The position numbers and the translations under genes were made by a program. Shown here piece by piece: positions 33,605 to 42,200 of a DNA stretch of 45,744 nt. The stretch is from a virus, in IMG/VR virus record IMGVR_UViG_3300005253_002051. One strand, 5' to 3'. The notes under the pieces were generated by a model that was given only the letters and a program-made list of their open reading frames with translations, searched no databases and was not told the DNA's origin. The number at the start of each line of letters is the position of its first letter. Position 1 is the stretch's first letter.

Positions 33605-34072
33605 ATGGATATTGGATCTGGCAGAGGATATCCGGCTTCTGCGCTATCAAACTTTCCTCCCCGTCCTTTCGTCTTCGATAACGTGGAATGTGCGAGCATG
33701 GAAGGTCTGCTCCAATCATTTAAGTTTGATAAACCACATATTCAAAAAGAAGTTTGTAAACTTGTTGGCAAAGCCGCAAAGTTCAGAGGAAAGAAACGCA
33801 ACAAAGCATGGAAGACCAAACAAACTCTTTGGTGGAACGGTGTAGCATTTGACAGACACGGTCCAGCGTATCAAGCACTTTTGGATGATGCGTATGACGC
33901 TTTGACTACTAACACCAAATTTCAGAAAGCGTTGTTAGCGTCAGACAAAGCAGTTTTGACACATTCAATCGGCAGCAATAACGCCAGCGAAACATGTCTT
34001 ACTACAAAAGAATTTGTTAGTCGTTTAACAAGAATTCGTTCAGAACTACAAAAAGAACAGAATACAAAATAA
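33605..34072 (+). CDS. NADAR (YbiA-like, DUF1768) domain protein - candidate ADP-ribose N-glycosidase
   Basis: YPASALSNFPPRPFVFDNVECASMEGLLQSFKF matches the NADAR signature LSNF..PF....F.S.E...QA.KF. Confidence 0.65.
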   Translation: MDIGSGRGYPASALSNFPPRPFVFDNVECASMEGLLQSFKFDKPHIQKEVCKLVGKAAKFRGKKRNKAWKTKQTLWWNGVAFDRHGPAYQALLDDAYDALTTNTKFQKALLASDKAVLTHSIGSNNASETCLTTKEFVSRLTRIRSELQKEQNTK

Positions 34073-34161
34073 ATACTAGTACTCCCTGTTCTTCAAAAAC
34101 ATAATATTCAGGATATCTCTGATTAAATGAAACTTGACATTTCCAATGAAATGGATGTATA

Positions 34162-34440
34162 ATGAAAATACAATTTAAGAAATTTTCTGCGCTTAATAGC
34201 GAAGAAATGAAATTCATTTACTGTATGCTTAGAAAGTATGGTGAAATGGAAGAGGCTAAAGAAAGAAATATTTCTAAGAAAAAATTTAAATCAACCAATA
34301 GAAGACCAAAACCAAAACCGAAAGTAAAGAAAGATTCGCCGTATCCTGATCTTTATGACTTTAATGATCTTAAATGGGAAAAGTGTACCGATGAAAAATT
34401 TCTTGCTTATCGAGAAATAATGGAAAGAGCAGGTGACTAA
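34162..34440 (+). CDS. lysine-rich small protein (92 aa); start uncertain
   Basis: ORF track. A TTGACA(34134)-N18-TATAAT(34158-34163) promoter overlaps the annotated ATG at 34162, so translation more likely begins at a downstream Met. Basic KPKPKVKK stretch. Confidence 0.4.
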   Translation: MKIQFKKFSALNSEEMKFIYCMLRKYGEMEEAKERNISKKKFKSTNRRPKPKPKVKKDSPYPDLYDFNDLKWEKCTDEKFLAYREIMERAGD

Positions 34441-35008
34441 AAAAATAGCATTTATCGGAAGTGCAGGCAGCGGAAAATCAACACTGGCAGCAGATGTTTT
34501 CGTCGAATTGAAGAAAAAAGGACATAAAGTAGAGTTAGTTACAGAGTGGATTCGTCAAGACATACAAGTCAACGGTCCTATGACGACAATATGGGAACAA
34601 TACAGAACTTTACATCATCAAAGAAGCATAGAAGACGCTGTACCCAAAGAGGCAGATTGGATGATTACGGATAGTGGCGTCTTAACTCCTTATTTTTATT
34701 CATGTTTATACACCAACAAAGCGAATGAACGCGAACGGCTTGTTTTAGCTGATATGTTTAAGTTTCTTATTGATGATTTGTATCAGAAACGTTATCATCA
34801 CGTGTTTTTCTTACCGGGTAAATATACCTATAGTACAAACAAAAATATAGCCAAAGATGGAACCAGATATCAATCAGACGAAGAGCTTCAAATTTTAGAT
34901 GACCATATGAGATTGGTTTTTACAAGAATGTTCAAGGTTGATAATATTATTGAATTAGATGTACCAATGACGAAAAGAACAAAAGAGGTCCTAAAAGTTC
35001 TGTTATAA
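34433..35008 (+). CDS. P-loop NTPase, AAA_28 / NadR-C-terminal (nucleoside/ribosylnicotinamide kinase)-like
   Basis: Walker A IAFIGSAGSGKSTLA. A 191-aa single-domain kinase fold. GTG start overlaps the previous stop. Confidence 0.5.
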   Translation: MTKKIAFIGSAGSGKSTLAADVFVELKKKGHKVELVTEWIRQDIQVNGPMTTIWEQYRTLHHQRSIEDAVPKEADWMITDSGVLTPYFYSCLYTNKANERERLVLADMFKFLIDDLYQKRYHHVFFLPGKYTYSTNKNIAKDGTRYQSDEELQILDDHMRLVFTRMFKVDNIIELDVPMTKRTKEVLKVLL

Positions 35009-35082
35009 TCTGATTGACATTAATAGAAAGCGTGTTAGTATACATTATAACAAATTGGTTTAATTTGGCTTGGGAGAGAAAA

Positions 35083-35418
35083 ATGACGGATATCTTAGAG
35101 ATCATTCAGATGTCGGATATTGCTGATCCGATTGAAGAGACCAAAACCAAAATCAAAACAGCCAAGCCAAAAATGTATCGTGTCATTTTTCTAAATGATG
35201 ACTTTACACCAATGGAGTTTGTTACGGAAATTCTACAGCAAATCTTTAGCAAATCGCGCGCTGAAGCAACTGCTATCATGTTGGAAGTTCATAACTTCGG
35301 TAAAAGCATCGTTGGAACGTATACATGCGAGATTGCCGAGCAAAAAGTTTATGAGACGATGGAGAACGCAAAGATTAGTGGTTATCCATTAAGCGCGATA
35401 ACCGAGCCGGCAGATTAA
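35083..35418 (+). CDS. clpS: ATP-dependent Clp protease adaptor protein ClpS
   Basis: MYRVIFLNDDFTPMEFVTEILQQIFSKSRAEATAIMLEVHNFGKSIVGTYTCEIAEQKV aligns with the ClpS core YKVILLNDDYTPMEFV...LAVH..GKA..G.FT.EVAETK. ATG at 35083 after GGGAGAG. The 35014 start in the ORF track is an artefact. Confidence 0.85.
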   Translation: MTDILEIIQMSDIADPIEETKTKIKTAKPKMYRVIFLNDDFTPMEFVTEILQQIFSKSRAEATAIMLEVHNFGKSIVGTYTCEIAEQKVYETMENAKISGYPLSAITEPAD

Positions 35419-35574
35419 TCACTTCGTTTTTGTCTTCTTCATATTTGGAAAAAGCTTTTTGATATTTTGGGCTAGTGTGCCTGGCCCGACGTCGGCTGTG
35501 GTGTTTTGTTTTGTGACGATTCCGACTGCTGCTGTCTCATCTACATAATTTTCAAGAAATTCTTCTGCCCGCAT
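35419..35574 (-). CDS. small protein (51 aa) whose N-terminus MRAEEFLENYV is paralogous to the upstream gene product (MRAKEFLESEV)
   Basis: Minus-strand ATG at 35574 shares a base with the TGA of the upstream gene (TGATG). Not in the ORF track. Confidence 0.35.
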   Translation of the reverse strand: MRAEEFLENYVDETAAVGIVTKQNTTADVGPGTLAQNIKKLFPNMKKTKTK

Positions 35575-36011
35575 CAGTAATCTTTTCCTTCGGCCTCTAA
35601 TTTGTCACGTAAATCTAAAAGAAATACACCAAATTTTTCTAGCGTAGGGGTGTCGGCTCGTTCTAAATCCATATAATCAGTTAGCGCATCTCTATCTGTA
35701 GATTTATCTTTTCCTTGCTGCCGCTTTACAGCTTGATCATATTTTTCTTGGTCGGACATTTTGCGATCATTATCTCTGCTAAGAGGTTCTTTACTATAAA
35801 GAACCTTAGGTCCTTTACCGCGTTTATGTAATTCTTCAGCAATAGCAAAAATAATGTCCATAGTCATTTTCAATTTGTCACCAGTTTTCACGAGGTGAAT
35901 AAAATTTCTATATAAGTCATCATAACTTACATCAAAAACAGGAAGATCTTTCTCCCTTTTCCATTGCTGTAAGTTAACGACTTCGCTTTCGAGAAATTCT
36001 TTTGCTCGCAT
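35574..36011 (-). CDS. hypothetical protein (145 aa), charged
   Basis: ORF track. Its ATG at 36011 lies 1 nt after the stop of the 441-aa gene. Confidence 0.55.
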   Translation of the reverse strand: MRAKEFLESEVVNLQQWKREKDLPVFDVSYDDLYRNFIHLVKTGDKLKMTMDIIFAIAEELHKRGKGPKVLYSKEPLSRDNDRKMSDQEKYDQAVKRQQGKDKSTDRDALTDYMDLERADTPTLEKFGVFLLDLRDKLEAEGKDY

Positions 36012-37337
36012 TTATCTGCCCAGTTCTCTTCCACGTTGTATCATTTCAGGAGTAGCAACATCACTACGCATATAGGTTCCAGGTTGAAAATTACCAGCAG
36101 ATCCTGTTAGAACAGCAAAAGCTACAATATCTTCATGGCGTCCTTTTGTACTCCACGTTTCTGATTTATTTTGTAAATTCCCCATTTTATCACGAATGTC
36201 TCTAGTTCCGTTGGCTGTTATTGCTTCACCTTGGCTTCCAACCCATGTTTTAAAATCTCTTGGAACTATAGGTTCAAATTTATCTGAATCGATTTTTGTT
36301 TTGAATCCAAGAGAAGCACCAAGATCTGCTGTAGGATATCCATGCTGCCATGACTTTTCACCGCCAACATCTGTTTTTGAATGAGGTTCCATTGGATCAG
36401 TTCTAATATCTTTCGCGATGTCCGTAGTTCCTGCACGGGTAAAACGTTGCTCGAGATCGTCTTTACGTGGAGGTGGTCTTTTCCCTCCAGCAAACGTTAC
36501 AGCCTCTTCAAGATCGTTTTGAAATTCTTCAAAAGCAAGCTGCTCTTGATATTCTTCATACATTCTTCCTAAGTCACCAGATTCATCATACTGTCCATGA
36601 TCCCAATCATCACCACCCATATAATCTTGCCATTCTTCACGTTCAGAAGGCTGACCGTCGTAATCATCTTCGGATCCCATTTCACGAGGACCATCGATAC
36701 CCATACTAGCAAATAAATCTTCAATTCGAGCAAAAACTACTTCGGAAGCAACCATATACTCACCATCCCAAGAAATATGATCTTTATATCTATCCATTAT
36801 AGCATTATAACCTTTTTCATCATTAACACTAAAAGTGATAGTTTCATCGGCTTCTGTATTATTGTAATCTTCGCCCATCCCTTTTTGTTCAGCTTCTAGT
36901 TTGTTGATTTTGTCTACAATCGCATAAGCATCCTTAACGCTTATTGGAAAATTGTCTAGAACTAAATCGTATCTTTGTTTACCCAATGGTCCTAGTTCTG
37001 CTTCAGCTTGTTTAATCTTATCCCAAATTTTCTTAAAACCTTCGCCTTCGAAATATGATGTATCATTGTAATCTTCGCCCATTTTGCTAACCGCTCCACT
37101 GGGCATGAGTTCTTGTGGATTTTCTATATAACGACTAACTGTGGCTAACAATTCTTCATAATCTACACCATTTTTCATAGCGTGATATTGAACTACCTTC
37201 TCTAGGGGATCGGTGTTGTTTTTACTCTGAAAGGCGCTAAGTGCATCACTAGCAGCACGGTCTAACGTGACAAATTCGGCGGTTGGCGCATATTCTTTAA
37301 GACCAGCTAATTCGGTCAATCTTTTTATATCAGTCAT
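36012..37337 (-). CDS. hypothetical highly acidic protein (441 aa)
   Basis: ORF track. D/E/Y-rich central region. Minus-strand promoter region is divergent from the SpoU promoter. Confidence 0.6.
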   Translation of the reverse strand: MTDIKRLTELAGLKEYAPTAEFVTLDRAASDALSAFQSKNNTDPLEKVVQYHAMKNGVDYEELLATVSRYIENPQELMPSGAVSKMGEDYNDTSYFEGEGFKKIWDKIKQAEAELGPLGKQRYDLVLDNFPISVKDAYAIVDKINKLEAEQKGMGEDYNNTEADETITFSVNDEKGYNAIMDRYKDHISWDGEYMVASEVVFARIEDLFASMGIDGPREMGSEDDYDGQPSEREEWQDYMGGDDWDHGQYDESGDLGRMYEEYQEQLAFEEFQNDLEEAVTFAGGKRPPPRKDDLEQRFTRAGTTDIAKDIRTDPMEPHSKTDVGGEKSWQHGYPTADLGASLGFKTKIDSDKFEPIVPRDFKTWVGSQGEAITANGTRDIRDKMGNLQNKSETWSTKGRHEDIVAFAVLTGSAGNFQPGTYMRSDVATPEMIQRGRELGR

Positions 37338-37358
37338 GGTTTAAAATCCAGTTTTTGC

Positions 37359-37386
37359 TTGACAAATCATTATAATCATGTATATT
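37359..37386 (+). promoter_or_regulatory. sigma70-type promoter (TTGACA-N16-TATATT) placing the transcription start at or next to the SpoU ATG (leaderless mRNA candidate)
   Basis: TTGACA at 37359-37364 and TATATT at 37381-37386. The ATG at 37394 lies 7-8 nt after the -10 element. No RBS. Confidence 0.45.
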
Positions 37387-37393
37387 TATTATT

Positions 37394-38020
37394 ATGTCAC
37401 AGAAGCCTGATTATCAAGAGCTGGGCAATGCGGATATTAGCGCCAGCATCAGCAATTTAAACGTTCATGACCACTTAAAGGATCTAAACGTTGAAGAGCT
37501 TCGTGCTCTTTGTGATGAAGATCGTGCTCCTTTTGGTGTATGTATCCTTAATATTACCGGTGAACTTAATGTAGGCACCATTGTTCGAAATGCTCTATTA
37601 ACTGGAGCACGGAAGGTAGCCATTCTTGGTCGTCGTAAGTATGACAAGCGTGGAACTGTTGGTAGTGAAAACTACATTGATGTTGAGCGTATTGAGGCTC
37701 TTAATGAAGATGGATTAACTATTAACAAGGACATCTTCTGGACCTGGATCGACGATAATAACTTTATGCCAATCTTCTGCGAACATGGCGGGATTCCTTT
37801 GACATGTGTTGATTGGAGTGAATGGATACGTGATATGAGCCCCCGAAATCCTTGTTTGGTTTTCGGTAATGAAAATCGTGGTGTTCAGGATGATATCTTA
37901 AATGACGATCGTGGTCACGTCGTGAGCATCCCCCAGCGCGGCGTGATAAGATCTTATAACGTCGCTAGTGCGTCTGGTATCGTGATGTATAGTATGACTG
38001 AGTGGATGCGGTGGCTTTAA
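37394..38020 (+). CDS. SpoU/TrmH-family (SPOUT) RNA 2'-O-methyltransferase
   Basis: SPOUT motifs LVFGNENRGV and VSIPQRGVIRSYNVASASGIVMY. Confidence 0.8.
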   Translation: MSQKPDYQELGNADISASISNLNVHDHLKDLNVEELRALCDEDRAPFGVCILNITGELNVGTIVRNALLTGARKVAILGRRKYDKRGTVGSENYIDVERIEALNEDGLTINKDIFWTWIDDNNFMPIFCEHGGIPLTCVDWSEWIRDMSPRNPCLVFGNENRGVQDDILNDDRGHVVSIPQRGVIRSYNVASASGIVMYSMTEWMRWL

Positions 38021-38235
38021 TCTATCGAGGAGTGACAATTGAAGATCGTAAACATTCAGTGCTTTTGTCTAAAGATAGCATTGCTGAACAAGAAACTGAA
38101 ATATTTCTCTGGTGTTATAATAATTTTGGTGACATAGATGATGGATATTGGGATTGGGAATGGAGATCCAGTTCACTGTGTTTTTACTTTTTTAAAGAGA
38201 TACATGCTGTGGCTTTTAAATTGAGATGGACATGA
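38002..38235 (+). CDS. small protein, paralog pair member A (C-terminal ...IHAVAFKLRWT)
   Basis: ORF track, 77 aa. W/D-rich. Overlaps the SpoU 3' end by 19 nt. Confidence 0.4.
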   Translation: MDAVALIYRGVTIEDRKHSVLLSKDSIAEQETEIFLWCYNNFGDIDDGYWDWEWRSSSLCFYFFKEIHAVAFKLRWT

Positions 38236-38453
38236 CCCGTGGTATTTTGTATTCTGAACTGCGACATCTTATGGTGCAAGATCCCGCGACCCATTATTGG
38301 AATCTTTCTGTGGAGTTTTGGAGTTGGATGGAAGAGAATAATATATATCCTAAAGAACAAGAATTTACAGTGGAAAATAGTCATAATCAATTTGGATTAT
38401 CGTTTGAGACAGATGAAGAAATAATGGCAGTTAAGTTAAGGTGGTTTAGATGA
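38226..38453 (+). CDS. small protein, paralog pair member B (C-terminal ...IMAVKLRWFR)
   Basis: ORF track, 75 aa. Shares the W-rich composition and C-terminal motif with the previous ORF. Confidence 0.45.
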   Translation: MDMTRGILYSELRHLMVQDPATHYWNLSVEFWSWMEENNIYPKEQEFTVENSHNQFGLSFETDEEIMAVKLRWFR

Positions 38454-38623
38454 AACAAGAAATCGAAGTTATTGATCGGCTTGATTATAGCGACGAATGG
38501 CTAAAAACAGCGATCGAAAAAGCTCTTGAGCTTCTGTCTGATGAAGAGATCGAAAAGATTAATAAGATCATCATCGCCCCAAACAAAGCTGGCGGCATTG
38601 TAAACTTTGTAATAAAGAAATAG
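38451..38623 (+). CDS. possible small protein (about 57 aa)
   Basis: ATG overlaps the previous stop and gives MKQEIEVIDRLDYSDEWLKTAIEKALELLSDEEIEKINKII. Coordinates are approximate to within 2 nt. Confidence 0.3.
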
Positions 38624-38920
38624 GTGAAGATTATGATAAAATTCACTATATCACTTATCGCAGCAATGTTATTAACTGCTATGGTTCAAGACGCACGAGC
38701 CGATTCGTTAGTGTGTAATCATAATGGTCAACAATTAATATATACGGAGGTAAAGGAATCTGATGATCCAAATGGTGTAAAGGCGGTATATCGAAGTGGG
38801 ATAGTAATTTTTCATAATGGAAAAGAATATCGTTACAATGATATTATTCCCTGTGCTATGATTGAAGAAGATAGAGGCAAAACTAAATTCTTAAAGGAAT
38901 ATCTGGCACAATTCGAATGA
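38624..38920 (+). CDS. small secreted protein (signal peptide, GTG start)
   Basis: ORF track. Begins MKIMIKFTISLIAAMLLTAMVQDARA. RBS AGGTGAAGATT. Confidence 0.5.
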   Translation: MKIMIKFTISLIAAMLLTAMVQDARADSLVCNHNGQQLIYTEVKESDDPNGVKAVYRSGIVIFHNGKEYRYNDIIPCAMIEEDRGKTKFLKEYLAQFE

Positions 38921-39225
38921 CCGAAGAATACGAAAAATGCCCTATATGTAATCGCGATATGATTCCAGGCAAAAGCTTGGACGATCATCATCTTATTCCA
39001 CGAACGTTTAAAGGCAAAGATCAAATAACGTTACATAAGGTGTGTCATCGTAAGCTCCATTCTTGTATCACAGAGAGGGAGATGCTACATCATTATCACA
39101 CTGTTGAACGTCTAACAGAACACGAAGAAATCCAAAAATTTGTGAAATGGATTAAAAAGAAAGATCCCGAATTTTATAGTGGAAGTAAAGAAACAAAAGG
39201 CAGGAAATCCAAGCGAAGAAGATAA
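38917..39225 (+). CDS. free-standing HNH-family zinc-binding nuclease-like protein
   Basis: CPICN....DDHHLIP....HKVCHRKLH is the C-x2-C...HH...H-x3-H HNH pattern. Basic C-terminal tail. Confidence 0.6.
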   Translation: MTEEYEKCPICNRDMIPGKSLDDHHLIPRTFKGKDQITLHKVCHRKLHSCITEREMLHHYHTVERLTEHEEIQKFVKWIKKKDPEFYSGSKETKGRKSKRRR

Positions 39226-39251
39226 ACCAAATGCGATAAATAGTAATATTA

Positions 39252-42200
39252 TTGCTATGGATCGTATATATGCCAGAATTAAAAGAATATATAATTCGCG
39301 TTCAAAACAAATCCGATGTCGACGGCTTAGTCACGGAACTCCAATCTTGGGGTGTCACAGTTGACCACGTTTACAAAAGAGCGATGTTTGGTGTTTGCGC
39401 TAAACTAACTACTCTTCTTGTCGACTGGTATAAAAATGACGCTCGTGTCATTAGTATCGAAGAATCTGCCACATTTGAATCATCGGACCGCCAAGACAAC
39501 GCTCCAGCCCATCTTGATAGAATAGATCAGACAGATCTTCCATTAAGTGGAAGCTTTACTTTTTCTTCTGATGGTACAGGAGTGACAGCGTATATAATCG
39601 ATTCTGGTGCTATCTTCAATCACATAGAATTTGAAGGAAGGATCTCTCCTGTAGATAAAATTGGTTTTCCAGGAACTCCTTTTGATCCATTTTCAAGTGG
39701 TGGCATCGACGAATTTGGACATGGAACACATGTTGCTGGTATTATTGGAAGCAAAACATACGGTGTCACAAAAAAGGTTGTAATGAAAACTGCAAAAGTT
39801 TTCAATCGAACAGGATTTACTACATCAGGAACAATAATTGCCGCAATTGATGCGGTTATCGAAGATTATACTAACGCAGGGAAACCAGCTTCTCTATGCA
39901 ATATGAGTCTTGGTGCTCCGGTAAGTTCAACAGCACCAGAAACTTCTGTGGAAACTGCTGTATTGGCTATGATAAGCGAAGGGATAACGGTAGTAGTTGC
40001 TGCTGGAAATAATAACACCGACGTTGAGAACTTCCAACCAGCAAGATTGCCAGAAGTGATAACTGTTGGTGCGGTAGACGATACTGACTCGAGAGCAGTA
40101 TTTTCTAATTTTGGTAATTCTGAAGGATCTGTATTAAATCCAGGAGGAGAGTTTGGTACTTTTGATGATGCAGCTTCTAATACTGGATCTGCTGTCGATG
40201 TTTTCGCTCCAGGAACAAATATAATTTCCACATGGATTCCTGAACCTGGTGAGACTGACGGGGTTAATACTCTTAGTGGAACAAGTATGGCAAGTCCAGT
40301 TGTTGCTGGTGTTGCTGCGCTCGTTTTAGAAAATGCTCCAAGCGCGCTACCAGCTCTTGTACAAAGTGACATTGTTTCGTTTGCAACATCCGGAAAAGTA
40401 ACAAACATTCCTGGTGGAACAACCGACAAACTAATCTTTTCAATATTTGTTGATCACGTTATTGAATGGATAACTCCTGCTGGCAATGTTGATTTTCCAG
40501 AAGGACAAACACTCAATATACCGTTAGAAGCTATTGGTTTTACTGGAAATGCTGTTGGGTTTTCGTTAGTTTCTGGAACGTTGCCGCCCGGCATAACTTT
40601 AAATGGCGTAACCGGACTACTGTCTGGTGTGGCAGCCGCAGTAACAGTAGACACGATAAGCACGTTTACAATACGGGCATCAGATACTGTTGTTTTTGAG
40701 AACCGAACATTTAGTATTACAATCGTGGATAACCCTTTGCCGCCGGTTTGGCAGACATCACCCAATTTAGGATCAATCGAAGAAGGGGGCACGATTGCTA
40801 TTCAGCTTACAGCGGTAAGTCTAAATGATGCTCCAATTGTATATAGTGGTTCGTTGCCTCATGGATGGTTTGTTAGCACAACTGGATTTGTTACAGGAAT
40901 AGCGCCGCTAGTCGTTAATGTTGATTTTGAAACCAATTTTACTGTAACAGCTGATGATGGAATTCTTAGCACTCCGCGGACATTTCTTATCACGATCGCA
41001 CAAAATGACGATTTCTTACCCCCAGCCGAACCAAGATGGATAACTCCTGAGGGCTCCATTGGCGAGGTAATAGACACAAATGTATTTAATTTTCAATTAG
41101 AAGCAATTGATGAAAATTTTGATCCTCTGCCATTAAAATATTTTCTAACGTTACAAACAGCAGATGGAAGCACTTTTGGGCCGGTAGGTGAATTGCCACC
41201 AGGATTGCTGTTGGGTGAAGATACGGGATTGATTTCTGGAACATTTTTCTCTAATACACTCGATGAAGTGTTGGATTTTACTTTCGCTGTTTTTCTTTCT
41301 GATGGGGCGAATATTGTTGCTCGAACATTTACTATTCGTACTAGAAAACAAGCAGAAAATTTACCTCCCGAATGGGTAACACCGCAAGGAAGTTTAGGTT
41401 TAGTAGTAGCCGGAAGCTTTGCTACATTTACTGTGGCGGCGACTGATCCTGATAGCGGCCCCAATGACTTGACTTATTTTTTAAGTTCGGGCAGTCTTCC
41501 ACCAGGATTTAGTATAGATGCCAACTCAGGAGAAATTTCTGGAGTTGCAGTGTTGGTTGCCTCTGATGAGTTTTTCCCATTCATCTTGGGCGTTACTGAT
41601 GGAGAAGATACTGTTGTAAGATCGTTTTCTCTTTTAGTAGAAAAACTAAATTCAAGACCCGAGTGGGTAACGCCAGAAGGATTGTTATTACGTATAAACG
41701 AAGGACAACTTGCTGTAATTACATTAGAAGCAACTGATCCGGAGGATGATCAATTAACATTTAGTATCGTAAGTGGCGTTCTTCCGCCTGACTTGATTCT
41801 AAATCCAAATACCGGATCGATTTCTGGTTCTATATCAGACGTAACTGAAGATACTACGTTTTCATTTACGGTGCGCGTGGACGATAGTCTAAGTAACAGT
41901 CTTGGAGAAGAGTTATTCGCGGACAGAGATTTTTTTATTGAAGTTATTGATGGAATATTAAACACTAACAGACCACCAGAGTGGATTACTCCTGAAGGTG
42001 TTTTAACACAAGCAAACGAAGGACAAGCATATTTCTTCCAACTTGAGGCAACTGATCCTGACAACGGTCCGCAATTGCTTAATTACACACTAAATGCTGG
42101 CAGTCTTCCAAATGGTTTAGCATTAAATGCTATCAGTGGTGTTATATCTGGGTTTCCAAATGATCCAGACACTATGGATACTGTTTCTATTTTTATTGTA

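Noticed and set aside
1375-35082. N-terminally extended ORF-track starts (1375, 10468, 10587, 10801, 20983, 29650, 35014)
   Set aside because: The extensions overlap upstream genes or lack an RBS. In each case an internal ATG with a good AGGAG-type RBS yields the family-typical N-terminus (for example MRHIGIACDHAGYD for RpiB, or MTDILE plus the ClpS core), so I used the internal starts.
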